This document shows positions 26,960-39,263 of a stretch of 64,000 bases of DNA, piece after piece. Where the stretch lies: assembly GCA_038087875.1 (NCBI GenBank), contig CM075990.1:13208001-13272000 (forward strand), written 5' to 3'. The notes under the pieces are model-generated. The model was not told where the DNA came from. It was given only the letters and a program-made list of their open reading frames with translations, and searched no databases. Source of the DNA: Malacoraja senta. Its lineage: Eukaryota. Within the stretch, counting starts at the first letter, position 1. Every line of letters starts with the position of its first letter. Made by a program: the position numbers and the translations under genes.

Positions 26960-27999
26960 TAGCAATGTTACAAAATTTTGAGATTTAAAAAATAAAGTCT
27001 GCAATTTATCCCATCAGATAAAGCATAAAAAGAAGTTTAATTTGACACTTAATTCACTTTCATATCTTCAGTATTAAAAAAGTTATGGCCATTATCATAC
27101 TCAGAAATTAGCATCTAGTTCCCTATTGCTTTTCCATTGACTTAACACAAAAGCTGTGATCGAGGACAGTTAAAAGCCCATAACTTTCTTAAAAATTATG
27201 GTAACTGAAAGAAATTTTCAGGTATTATAGATTGAAGCATTCTGAAACAAATATGAAACAATCTTACTTCGAAGACATGAAAGTAAAGCATATAATTAGT
27301 TAGTTACCTAATTGTAGCTAATTACAAAATTCAATTACTAGATCTAAACATCTATCAATTTCTTAAGAATAGATTAACATTTTTAAATAGCCTAAGTGTC
27401 CAAATAACATTCACACAATAATTCACAATATAACATAATTTTTAAATCTAATTTTCATGAATTTACAGGCCAAATGGAAGGAATTGAATGTTTAATACCT
27501 GTAAATTAATGGGCATTTAATTCATCTTGTGAGTGAGAATTTCTGGAACGCGATCTTTTGGAACGTTCATTTGCGGTGAATTTAACCCCGTATTGGCATG
27601 AAAAATACTGCCGTTAATTCGGGGAATAAAATCACCGTGTCGCATGACAAAATGTGAATTAAAGGCTTCTTAAGAAGCACTTTTATACATTTAAAGAAAG
27701 CACTTTTGTTTACCTGTCCATTGTGTGAAATCCGTCCCCGTTATTGGCGTTGACGCTTCAGGAGCTGCTTTTAAAATGACTGTAGCGCTGACATTGACGA
27801 TTTAATTTTTTTTAAAAATTCACAAATCGCCGGTAGGAACGATTTTGTCAGCGAAGTTTTGTACTCCAACAAAATATTTCCAGGACAGGGAGGAGAAACC
27901 GCGTTTTAACCCCGCCCCCCCCTTAAAGGCGCCAAAATCGCGCACACGGCCAGTGGCAGAATTACAGTGCGACTGAAGGTAAGTTTTGTAACATACCTA
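26960..27999. mobile_element. 1040-bp non-autonomous DNA transposon-like element, TAG...CTA ends, 7-bp TSD
   Basis: TIR TAGCAATGTTACAAAA / TTTTGTAACATACCTA; CTATACT at 26953-59 and 28000-06. Confidence 0.75.
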
Positions 28000-29173
28000 C
28001 TATACTCAAAGTGTATTTTGACACTGGATTCATACTTAGATTACACTTGTTGTTAATGTCATCCTGATCCCTATGTATCAATATCGCTGTTAAGTTTATA
28101 ATAATAATAATTTTTTTTTGAAAAAAAATTAATAAAAAGATTTGAAAAGAAGAAAGAAAGAAACTCCTGCGTTCTTGATCTTCCTTCTGTACATCTTGAA
28201 GGGTCAACCATGTCGGCAGGAGCCCTTCCTAATGCGCTCTGCAGAGACAAACTAATGAATGCCACAGGGAAGGAAAATGACCTTTTATATAACCAAGGCG
28301 TAAAAATAACTAACGAGTATTGTGAGACCTCTGTTGGAGTGCTTTGTATGATTTTTCATACCCGTGGAAAGAGGCTATTGGAGCCAAGTTGCAACAGGGA
28401 GAATCATTGGCCCAGGATCGAGAGAAGTTCGTGATAATGAAGAAGGGTCTCGACCCGGTACGTCACCCATTCTTTCTCTTCAGAGCTGCTGCCCGTCCCG
28501 CCGAGTTACTCTGGCTTTTTGTGTCAATCTTCATTATAACGAAGGTCATTATTCACCGGAGCAAAGGTCAAGGGGATTGCGGGAAAAAAATATATATTGA
28601 CCGGTTTGACAGTTTTGATGGAGAAAGATATTGGATAACAAAGAGTCAAAAAAAGTTTTGGGAGGAACGGGGAGGGGAGAAAAATATTATTTTGAGTGTG
28701 TTCTGAAAGCATTGCCACAAATCACAGCCAAAGCCAAGTCTGTGCTGACATTTAAGAGAAAGTAAGGTAAATGTTTAAAGAGGAAAGAGAAAGGCCACAC
28801 AGTTGGCAGGGCGAATTTATGCAGGATCAGTGGACTACTCACTGTGTTGAGCAAACAAAACATTAAAATAGTTATTAATGTTGTCCTAAAATATTTAATG
28901 GTACTACCACCAGGAATACAACTTCTGCTTTAAGCACACATTTTCATACTAAAGTATAAGAACTGGTTTGTTGTTGCAAATAGTCTTGGAAAAGTAAGAA
29001 TATTCCGAAGGCACTTTTTCAGTTTTTCACGTTTTTTTTATTCTTTAATGGTTGAGTATGGATTTTCCTTTATCAAAGGTTGTTTTTTTGTTTTTTTTTA
29101 TTTAAATTTTTTTTTTAAATTATTTTTCTGGTCTCAACATTTCCGTTCCATTTGATTTTTGTAGTTCATGTAA

Positions 29174-29495
29174 AGGGCCTGTCCCACTTTCGCGACCTTT
29201 ACATTCGTGAAAATGTTGAAAATTCAGCGGCGACCAGAAAGACACTATGTCTCTTTGGAGACCTCTCACGACCATACAGGCGATATGTCGTGGGGGACCT
29301 CTCACGACCATAGGAGACCTCTCACGACCATACAGCCTGTACGGTCATGAGAGATCTTCTATGGTCGTGAAAGGTCTCCAAAGAGTTGTAGCGTCTTTCT
29401 GGTTGCTGCTGAATTTTGAACATGTTGAAAATTTTGGCGGCCTATCACGGGTGCCGGCAGCCGCCTGTAACGGTCGCGTAAGTGGGACAGGCTCT
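29174..29495. mobile_element. MITE subfamily D
   Basis: Same TIR; three internal GACCTCTCACGACCATA repeats; flanks TAA / TTA. Confidence 0.85.
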
Positions 29496-30812
29496 TTAGT
29501 ATTCAAGCAGAGTGGTGTGTCTGCCACTCCAGCAACACATTGCCTTTCACTCGGGTAATGAATGATATTGCAATGCTGAACGTAACCATTTAGCAGTGAG
29601 ATGTCCTGGGGTGAACTTGTAGTGAGAAGGAACTTCTATATGGTGCTCTTTTTTCCCCCCTTGATTTTCCCAGAAATATTTTTCCCGTGTTGCTCTTCAG
29701 CCAGTGCTGTTGAGAGTTGAAGCATTAACTAGTGGAGCAAATGAGGACTTGGTTTTACTGCGGTGGTAAAGCAGTCTCCCCTCAGTGTTGCAGTGTGTAT
29801 GTCAGCCCGGCTCAACGGAGGGAAACTCGAATCCAAATTTAGTGACTTGGTGAGTCACAAATTTAGTGAGCCACACACTACGATGGGTAATACATACCGA
29901 GATACATGGATAGGATTTAGAAACATAGTAACATAGAAAATAGGTGCAGTTGTAGGCCATTCAGCCCTTCGAGCCAGCACCCCCATTCAATATGATCATG
30001 GCTGATCATCCAGAATCAGTACCCTGTTCCTGCTTTGTCCACATTTGAAAGATCTGGACCAAATGTGGGGAATTGGGGCTGGCTTAGATGGGGCACCTTG
30101 GTTGACATGGATGAGATGGGCTGGCAGGCCTGTTTCTGTGCAGTGTGACTCTGAGTCTGACTCTAAGATGCAAAGGGATTGTATTAAAATATAAAACCTA
30201 GACCATCGCAGCCACTGGTAACAGGAACAATGTTGATGCTTCGTTGTTCCATGTGGGACAGGTTTTTACACCTAATTTAAATTCCGTTTTTGGATAAGAG
30301 AGGGCACAGATCTTCTTGAATCAAAACTCTTGTCTAGTCTTGAATGTAGTTGCAAAGATCATGCTGTTCAATTCTGTTGTTGAAACCATGCCAAAGGTTG
30401 CAGCAGAATTTGATAGCGACTTAAGTCACTGCAGAGCTCTGTTCAATGGTCAAAATATTGTGGATGGCACACTTTATAATGGGTATCTCTCTGAATGTTT
30501 AGGTTTGTAAGGAGGCCTTAAAGTGCAATTAGCACTAACGAGGCAATTTTAGATTGGGAAGACTTCCATAATGTTGCAAATCATCTGTTGCCAGGATCAT
30601 CAAGAACCCACATCACCCTGGCCATACTTTCATTTCACTCCTGCACTGAGTCGCAGGTAGAGGAGGCTGCACACTGTGACGTTCAGGAACACTTCTTCAC
30701 AACAGCCACAGACTATTGATTCTTCACTCTCTTTTTTTCCCAAGGGAGAGCTGTTTTTTCAAACACAATTTCGTTCAAATTTGTTTTTGAATGACAAATA
30801 GAGAAATTCAAT

Positions 30813-30949
30813 GAGATGGTCTGAAGAAGGGTTTCGGCCCGAAACGTTGCCTATTTCCTTCGCTCCATAGATGCTGCCTCACCCGCTGAGTTTCTCCAGC
30901 ACTTTTGTCTACCTTCGATTTTCCAGCATCTGCAGTTCCTTCTTGAACA
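30813..30949 (+). mobile_element. Penelope pLTR fragment with hammerhead core
   Basis: 11-bp TSD AGAAATTCAAT; CTGAAGAAGGGTTTCGGCCCGAAACGTT. Confidence 0.85.
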
Positions 30950-31074
30950 AGAAATTCAATTCAATTTGAGCTTGGTAGATGTGCCTTTTACTCTCACTCC
31001 TGTAGTTAATCATGTAACCTTTTAGATTTTGAGGAATTGAAAATTGCCTGTGATTTTGTACACTAGTATAGAGT

Positions 31075-31920
31075 GGACCTCAATCACCAACAATTTGGCC
31101 TTGATCAGCTACATTGGTGTAACAGCCAAGAGAATACACCAATGCCTATACTTCCTCAGAAGACTAAAGGAAGCTTAGTATCCTACAACGACTCTTGCCG
31201 TTTTGTACAGTTGCACTGTAGGAAGCATTGTTTGGGATGTATCATGCATTATTTGACAACAGTTCTGCTCAAGACCACAAGAAATTGCAGAGAGTTGTGG
31301 AAGTGGCCCAGTCCATCACACAAACCAGCCTTTCACCCCCATTGATTCCATCTACACTTCAAGCTGCCATTGAAAGCAGCAAGCCAACATAATCAAGGAC
31401 CACTTATACCCCTGGAGAAGGAGAATCCCCTCTCCATTCGGGCAGAAGATTAAAAAACGTGGAAAGCATGTGCCACCATATTCGGGAATAGCTTCTTCCC
31501 CGCTGTCATCTGACTACGAAATGGACATCCCATAAGCTTAGAATGTCATTCCGATTTGCCAATCTTCCCCATTGTTGCCCTTGCATTTTTTTTAACCACG
31601 TTTTCTCCATAACTGCAACACTGATGCTGAAACACTATATTCTGCACTCTGGTATTTTCTCTTTGTTATACTTGTACTTGTGTAGGAAGGAACTGCAGAT
31701 GCTGGTTTAAACCGAAGATGGATACAAAATGCTGGAATAACTCAGTGGGACAGGCAGCATCTCTGGAGAGAAGGAATGGGCGGCGTTTTGGGTCGAGACC
31801 CTTCTTCAGACTTCTTGCACTTGTGTTTGGCATGATTGTACTCGTGCGTGGCTTGATCTGACTGGATAGCATGGAAACGCAGCTTTTCAGTGTATCTCTA
31901 CATGTGACAAAATAAAAGTA
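31075..31920 (+). mobile_element. Degraded Rex1/Babar 3' fragment with nested Penelope piece
   Basis: Similar to the 3190-3730 and 35535-35985 family; ends ACATGTGACAAAATAAA. Confidence 0.65.
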
Positions 31921-32362
31921 AATTAGTAACCAATTTAATTTAAAGGAATCTAATAGTAGATTTTACAGAGTGGTTATCCATTGATTTATTTCTACAAAGA
32001 TGCTTGGTGCTAATTGTTAGACGATGATCTTGATTAGTTAATTGCAGACCTTTAAAAATATTACATGATGCACAATTATAACATTATGAATTAAGACTGA
32101 AGTACTGGAAAGGGAATATATTATCAGCAAATTCCCATTTTTAATATTTACTGGTTGCTAAATCTTTCCACAGAAGAAATTTAGATCAAGAGAATGAAAG
32201 TAGAGTTAAATCGAAGGGACGTGTAATTTAGTCCAGTAGAAGCAAGAAACTACAGACGCTGGTTTACAAGAAAAAAAGACACAAAGTGCTGGAATAACTC
32301 CGTGAGTCAGACAGCTCCCCTCGAGATCATGGATAGGTGATGTTTCTGGCTGGGTCCCTTCT

Positions 32363-32766
32363 TAATAATAATAATAATAATAATATCTTTTATTGTCATT
32401 GCACGTTAGTGCAACGAGATTTAATATGCAGCTCCACCGATGTACAAGAAAAGTAAGATAAATAAATAAGCAAGCTGAGTGACGTGACCATCCGAGGGAG
32501 ACTGTCCAGGGGGGTGGGTGGGGGGGCACTCAGCACGGCCGGTTCAGAGCCGCTATAGCTCTTGGAATAAAGCTGTTTCTGAGTCTGGAGGTTCGGGCGT
32601 AGAAGGCCTTGTAACGTCTGCCGGAGGGAAGTAGTTCAAACAGTCCGTTACAAGGGTGTGATGAGTCCTTATGGATGCTGACGGCCTTCCTGAGGCACCG
32701 TGTGTGGTAGATGCCCTCCTAGGCTGGTAGCTCTGTCCCAATGATCCTCTGCGCTCTGTGGACGAC
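32363..32766 (-). mobile_element. Rex1/Babar 3' fragment with (ATT)n tail, inserted at the centre of a Penelope palindrome
   Basis: Minus translation VVHRAQRIIGTELPA*EGIYHTRCLRKAVSIHKDSSHPCNGLFELLPSGRRYKAFYARTSRLRNSFIPRAI. Confidence 0.8.
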
Positions 32767-33307
32767 AGACTGATTCAGACGTTCTTCATGCTGATTGTAG
32801 AGTCTTGACCCAAAACTTCACCCATCCATGTTCTCCAGAGATGCTGAAACGCCACCCGTTCCTTCTCTCCAGAGTTGCTGCCTGACCCGCTGAGTTGCTT
32901 TACCCATTTTGTGTAATTTCATCCTCCTTGTTGTCAACCACTCTGATCTTTGGCTGATACAGAGTTCTGCATGCTGCATTAAAAAACACTTTGGTAATCC
33001 TGGTTTGACATGCTCCAGTAGTTTTTAATAAACAAATTTGTGACTTTAATCCTTTGTACGTTTTGCCTGTTAAGTTTTGTTTTTGTAGTTCCCAACACAG
33101 TGTCTCTTAATTCACAAGCTCTTTATGGACTTGGTGTAGTTTGGGGGAGGAGGGGGGGGGGGGGGGGGGGGGAGTCATTATCTCTCCATTTGTTTCTGTC
33201 CCATGCACTGATAGGAATTAATTGTACTTGAAGTGATTTTGTTGATGCCTGCATGGAAACGCAATGGGTTAGAAGGAACTGCAGATGTTGGGTTACAAGG
33301 TAAATTG

Positions 33308-33768
33308 CAAGGTTAATTCCTGGGATGGCGGGACTGTCATATGCTGAGAGAATGAAGCAGCTGGGCTTGTACACTCTGGTGTTTAGAAGGATGAGAGGAA
33401 ATCTTATTGAAACATATAAGATTGTTAAGGGTTTGGACACGCTGGAGGCAGGAAACATGTTCCCGATGTTGGGGGAGTCCAGAACTAGGGGTCACAGTTT
33501 AAGAAGAAGGAGTAAGCCATTTAGAACGGAGATGAGGAAAAACACTTTTTCTCACAGAGTTGTGAGTGTGTGGAATTCTCTGCCTCAGAGGGTGGTGGAG
33601 GCAGGTTCTCTGGATGCCTTCATGAGAGAGCTGGATATGGCTCTTAAAGATAGCGGAGTCAGGGGATATGGGAAAAAGGCAGGAACGGGGTACTGATTGG
33701 GGATGATCAGCCATGATCACATTGAATGGCTCGAAGGGCCGAATGGCCTACCCCTGCACCTATTGTCT
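33308..33768 (+). mobile_element. CR1 3' fragment (TATTGTC tail subfamily; also 46617-46905 +, 51508-51864 -, 58647-58885 -)
   Basis: ORF 33325-33696 is the CR1 ORF2 C-terminus. Confidence 0.9.
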
Positions 33769-33902
33769 TCTTCTTTCGTGTGGCGTGCACAGCCTAAAGT
33801 TGTTGGACAACTTGTTCTATTTGATCTTCCGTTTGTGCACGTCGAGTTGATTGCATTAGTCGAAACAGGGCGGACCACGTGAAGGTTGCAATCTTCCACC
33901 CC
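33769..33902 (-). mobile_element. Short non-autonomous retroelement with HDV-like ribozyme head and (GAA)n tail
   Basis: Interrupts the CCTATTGTCTATTG tail of a CR1, with GTCT duplicated (33765-68 / 33903-06). Minus strand starts GGGGTGG and ends ...CACACGAAAGAAGA. Confidence 0.75.
33849..33902 (-). ncRNA. Minimal HDV-like (delta) self-cleaving ribozyme, 54 nt
   Basis: GGGGUGG-AA-GAUUGCA-ACC-UUCACGU-GGU-CCGCCCU-G-UUUCGA-CUAA-UGCAAUC. P1 is 7 bp with a G1-U wobble, P2 a perfect 7 bp, P3 3 bp, L3 7 nt, P4 minimal with a UUCG loop, J4/2 CUAA. Confidence 0.8.
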
Positions 33903-35534
33903 GTCTATTGCTCTACACCGATGATAGACACAAAATGTTGGAGGAACTCAGCAGGTCGGGTAGCATCTCTGGAGAAATGGAATAGGCGACGTTTTGGTCG
34001 CGACCCTTCTTCAGACTCCAGCTTTATATCAAGTCATGAATAAAGTGTTCTTCCTCATCTTCAAAGCCTTCACAACAACATCTTGCAATCGCTGTTCAAC
34101 TTCACAATTTGCAAAATAAAACAGGAAGAGCAAAGACGAAGTTAAGAAGAGAAAAGAACATTTGTTGTTGCGTTTCAGTTAATTCATTTTAACCCTTGAT
34201 TAAATAAGTTGACCCCAAAAAGTGCCTGCATGAGCTTTGGCTTTGAAAAGGTAAATTTGCAGAGATGGGTTTGTAGCTACATTTATTAGATTTTCTTCTT
34301 TTAGATTTTATTTGGTTTTCTGGATGATACAGACCATTCCACCCATTGAATCCAGGATGGATTTCAGAGCTTTCTCAAACATATCATCACACCTTTCCTC
34401 ATATGCTGCCTTGTAACCTATTCTCTTTGACATCTATGGAGCGAAGGGAATGGGCAACGTTTCGGGCCGAAACCGAAGGGTTTTGGCCCGAAACGTTGCC
34501 TATTTCCTTCGCTCCATAGATGCTGCCGCACCCGCTGAGTTTCTCCAGCATTTTTGTCTACCTTCGATTTTCCAACATCTGCAGTTCCTTCTTGAACCTT
34601 TGACCAGTCAGTCTGAGGGATAGGTTTAATATTACCGCATAGGTCTAATAATAAGGAGTGGTGCAGCGGTAGAGTTGCTGCCTTACAGCGCCAGAGACCC
34701 GGGTTCAATCCCGACTGCCTGTACGGAGTTTGCACGTGCTCCCTGTGAGCACATATGTTTTCTCTGGGTGTTAGTTTCCTCCCACATTCAAACCTGAAGT
34801 TTGGAGGAAAGCTTTTTAAATTTTGGAACGCAGAAGACAGAATATCTTTGGAAGCCAGGGTTCCGGCTTGTTTTCGCTTCCATATTGTGTAATATGTCCT
34901 AGCTGTTTATTTCTGCATGTGACTAACCCAGGACCAAAGACCCAGGACTGCAGTTCTATGGAACGACTGACAGAGTTATCATGAGAAACAAAATGTCAGT
35001 GTTGGTTCGCAGTAACTCAGCAATGAGCTGCTGGCTGCAGACCTGATTTTTTTTCATGAAATGCTGTTGGAAGGTGAATAAAAGCAGCCTTTATACAGAA
35101 GGACTATGAACATCGCAAAGCTCTGTCATGTCGAATAAAAGAATGCAGCAAGCAAATTATGGCTTGGGCACCAGTAAAGAACTTATTCTATAGATTCATG
35201 TTGATGTACAAGCTTTTAGAATTGGCAGGTTGCATTTTGGTTGAACAATGAAATAATAGCACCCTTAACATCAAGGTTTCACAAGCTTTTACTGCTCTAC
35301 CTCATCTACAATGAGGCAGAGCAATATTATCAGACTCCTCTGTCAGAGCCATTATTCGGACTCCTCTGTTTTCACCCCCTCCCCCCCCCCCCACCCCACC
35401 CCCACCCAAATCACACCATTCTCCATTCCGATCATAAATATGGGATAATTTTTTTTTATAACTGTTCATCTTCAAACTTTTATCATTCTCCATCCTGATC
35501 CAATTTGTAAACTTAATTATACTTCAGCACTAGG

Positions 35535-35985
35535 TACTAGTTTATTGTCACGTGTACCAAGGTACAGTGAAAAGTTTTTGTTGTGTGCTAACCAGTCAGC
35601 AGAAAGACAATACATGATTACAATCGATCCAATTACAGTGTATAGACACGTGATAAGGGAATAACATTTAGAGTAAGGCAAAGCCAGCAAAGTCCAGTCA
35701 AGGATAGTCCGAGGGTCACCAATGAGGTAGATAGTAGTTCAACACTACTCTCTGGTTGTGGTAGGATGATTCAGTTGCCTGATAACAGCTGGGCAGAAAT
35801 TGTCCCCGAATCTGATGGTGTGTGTTTTCACGATTCTATAATTTTTGCCTGATGGGAGAGTGGAGAAGAGGGAGTGGCCAGGGCGCGACCTGTCCTTGAT
35901 TATGCTGCTGGCTTAGCCGAGGCAGCGTGAGGTATAAATGGAATCAATAGAAGGGAGGTTGGTTTGTGTGATGGCCTGGACTGAG
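35535..35985 (-). mobile_element. Rex1/Babar 3' fragment (plus-strand relatives 59112-59275, 61240-61492, 63066-63330)
   Basis: Shared 3' end CTTTTCACTGTACCTYGGTACACGTGACAATAAACT. Confidence 0.75.
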
Positions 35986-37189
35986 GTAGTCTAGAACAGT
36001 CAGGCGAGATGTGAAGCCAAGATCCTGCCTTTCATGACATCGTTTGAAATGGAGAAGGGAGCTCTCCCAGAGTCTCAGCTGAAATCTGCCCCTCACTTCT
36101 TGATTAAATAAATATCATCAGGCTTCGCATTACTGTTTGTGGACTCTTGCTGTTAGGAATTTGGCACTCTGGAGCTCGGAGTGCATGAAATTAGTTGTAC
36201 GGGTGCTTGTTTACTTTTAATGAGTGGCCCCTAACATGGGCAGCGTCAGCTTTGGACACTGTTGTAATTCAGGTGGAGATGAATATAGCATTGAGTGGGT
36301 TTTGTGTGCATGCACTGACTATGCAACCATGCAGCCCTCTGCAGAGACACGGCTGTCGTTGCTGCTGACAGCCCGTCTGCCCTTTAACATACAAAAAAAT
36401 AATTGGCCTGGAGAAATATTGGCAGCCACTGAGGAATGTTGAAGCAGCTGCGAGCATGATCAATGTGGCTACAGTGGGAAGGCAAAGGAACCTCTTGACT
36501 TGTGTAGGAAGGAACTGCAGATGCTGGTTTAAACCGAAGATAGACACAAAATCCTGGAATAAGCCTGTCCCGCTGAGTTCCGCCAGCTTTTTGCGTCTAA
36601 CCTCTTGACTTTGTTTTTTCCCTGAACTGAGATCACTGGAAAATCCAAGTTTATCTCTGTAATCCTAGTTTCCGATGAAGCTTTAACATTTCATTTTGTT
36701 TGCATATCACTGCCTCTTTCCAGCTAGATCAAATGATGCATACCTATTTTTATTTTGTTTTATTGCAGTAATAAGATTGATAACCTCCTTCAAAAGCTTC
36801 CTCAAGTCACTTGTACAATGATCACTGCGCTTCAGCGAATTTATATGGAATAGCTTGAGACATGATGGTGCAGAAGAAGTCAATTGCCTTTCCTTGGCAT
36901 TGATGCGGTGAATGAAAATGAGTTATCATTATTTACAAGAGTTAAATATAATGGTGGTTTTCAATTTGCACAAATCCCACAAACATTTTACAGCAGCACT
37001 TTTATTAAGTTCTCCTTTTTATGGTTTAAATTTTTTTTAAAGCAGAACAAGAACAATAATGCAGAATAATGTTCAAATTGTATTAGAATTTGTCACCTAA
37101 AGGGATCCCAGAGGTTCCGGTAAACGTGATTCCTGTCACAGAATTATGAAGTGAAAAGCCAGTGTTCCAACTGCATCCATTTGTGATTA

Positions 37190-37250
37190 CAGTAAACCCT
37201 TGTTTCAATGGACCCCTTTATAATGGACTTTGGTTATAGCGGACTGACCT
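37190..37250 (+). mobile_element. Possible pogo/Tigger-like transposon end
   Basis: TA-CAGTAAACCCTTGTTTCAATGGAC... with repeated TATAAYGGAC-like units; no partner end found. Confidence 0.35.
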
Positions 37251-37396
37251 GCCAATGCCATCCTTGTTCACACAGTGCACCTGAGAGCCCTTCTTCACTC
37301 ACAGCCTGGTGTGTTGACGATATTATTGTAGCTCAGGATGTAGCCTCCAGGGACAGCGCTTTCTTCAGGCTGCTGCCAACGACAGGACATGCTTGG

Positions 37397-37562
37397 AAAG
37401 AAGGAGTGGGTGACGTTTCGGGTCGAGAGCCTCGGTCTGAAGAAGGGTCTCGACCCGAAACGTCACCCATCCCTTCTATCCAGAGACGCTGCCTGTCCCG
37501 CTGAGTTACTCCAGCATTTTGTGTCTATCTTCGGTTTAAACCAGCATCTGCAGTTCCTTCCT
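37397..37562 (+). mobile_element. Penelope pLTR fragment with hammerhead core
   Basis: 18-bp direct repeat ACGACAGGACATGCTTGG on both flanks. Confidence 0.85.
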
Positions 37563-38805
37563 ACGACAGGACATGCTTGGTCACCATGGGGCTCGCTCCT
37601 CTCTCACCAATTGCCGCTTATCCTCTGTCAATTGTTGCTTTGTCCACTCAGCCTCTTTCAACCCCCCCTCCACCTCCACCTCATTTTCTTGTTGCCTTGT
37701 CCACTCGACCACTTTTTTGTGGGGAGACAAGAGACTGCAGATGCCTCCCCCAAGTATCTGACACCCCTTTAACTCCATTTCACCTCTAGCCTCTATCACC
37801 ATCCCCACCCATCTATTAATCTACTCTGCTTGCCCGTATCCACCGATCACTCACCAGGATTTGGCTCATCTCTCCCTCTCTTTTATAGCTTTCTCCTTCA
37901 GTCTGAATAGGGGTCCTGATCCTAAACTCTTTCTGACAATTTCCTCCCAGCAGTGCTGCCTGACCTGCTGAATCCCGGCAGTAACTTTGTTTTGTTTCGC
38001 TATTAATGCTTTTAGTTCTTTCTCCCTAACCTTCCAAATCTGTGTTTTCTAATATGAAGGCTCCACATTAAAGTGAGTCAAGTGGCTGGGCTAGGCTGAC
38101 TACCTAATCAATTCAGACTTTGCGCCATGCCTAGTCCTTCATCATTGCTATTGTGATCGGCACTCCAAATTGATCTCGGATATCAGAAGAACGGGTATTC
38201 ATTTTGAGATCCATTGGATTGATAAAGAAATAAAAAAAATCCAATAGCTTTAGAGTAGATTAGTAAACACTTGGAGACTGTCACTGGCTCGGAGCAACGT
38301 TTGGCAGAAACCACAAAGGTAATTCATCCCTGTATGACTCTCGTAATGTTAAGACATGAAATACATGCATTCTCTGCTTTTAAGAGCCTGATTTTGCTGA
38401 ACAATTGCCGAATATTCCTGTGTTTCCTTCTAAAAAAGGTATGGAGCTCATGGTGTTCGCAGTTCCTTGTCAATATTTATTGATCTATATTTTTGATCGT
38501 TGCTCGTTGCTATTGGATTCATGCACCTTCATTAGAAGGCAGCGTGTGAATAATACAGCGGGGTGTATTGTCTGTGTACTTTTGCCACCATTATGTGACC
38601 AAGTAAAGGATTCGCAACATTTCCAAGTATTTAATTAAAACAGTTTAACAAAAGCATGTTGAAGGTTTCAAGTTCTCACATGTCATGGGAATGTATTGAT
38701 GGGATGACTCATCCAATGATGACGCCTGTTACACATGCTCTGTTTCACAGTGCTGCCAGTGTAATGGAGGTGGATGCGGCCTACATTTGTGCTCTTGGCA
38801 GTCTG

Positions 38806-39077
38806 TTTAGTTTGGAGATACGGGCGACCGGCGATCCCTTCACACTAGCACTGTCCAACACACACGAGGGACAATTTTACATTTATACCAAGACAATGAA
38901 CCTACAAACCACTGCGTCTTTGGAGTGAGGGAGAAAACCGAAGATCTCTGAGAAAACCCACGCAGGTCACGGGAAGAACGTACAAACTCCGTACAGACAG
39001 CACCCATAGTCTGGATCGGACCCGGGTCTCTGGCGCTGTAAGCGTTGTACGACAGCAACTCTACTGCTGCGCCACCG
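38806..39077 (-). mobile_element. HE1-type V-SINE
   Basis: Consensus match with A and B boxes. Confidence 0.85.
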
Positions 39078-39263
39078 AACAGACAGTCTGTTCTAAAGCA
39101 ACCAAATTAAGTTAACTCAAACAGTACATTTAAAGTGTGGAGGAATTCAAAGTTATCTTAAAACTGCTGCAATCTCAAATGAAAGGGTAACCTCTCTTAG
39201 AAAAATGCAGTGAGTAAGATCAAATTATGTACAAAAAATACAGTTCAATTATTTCAATGCTGT

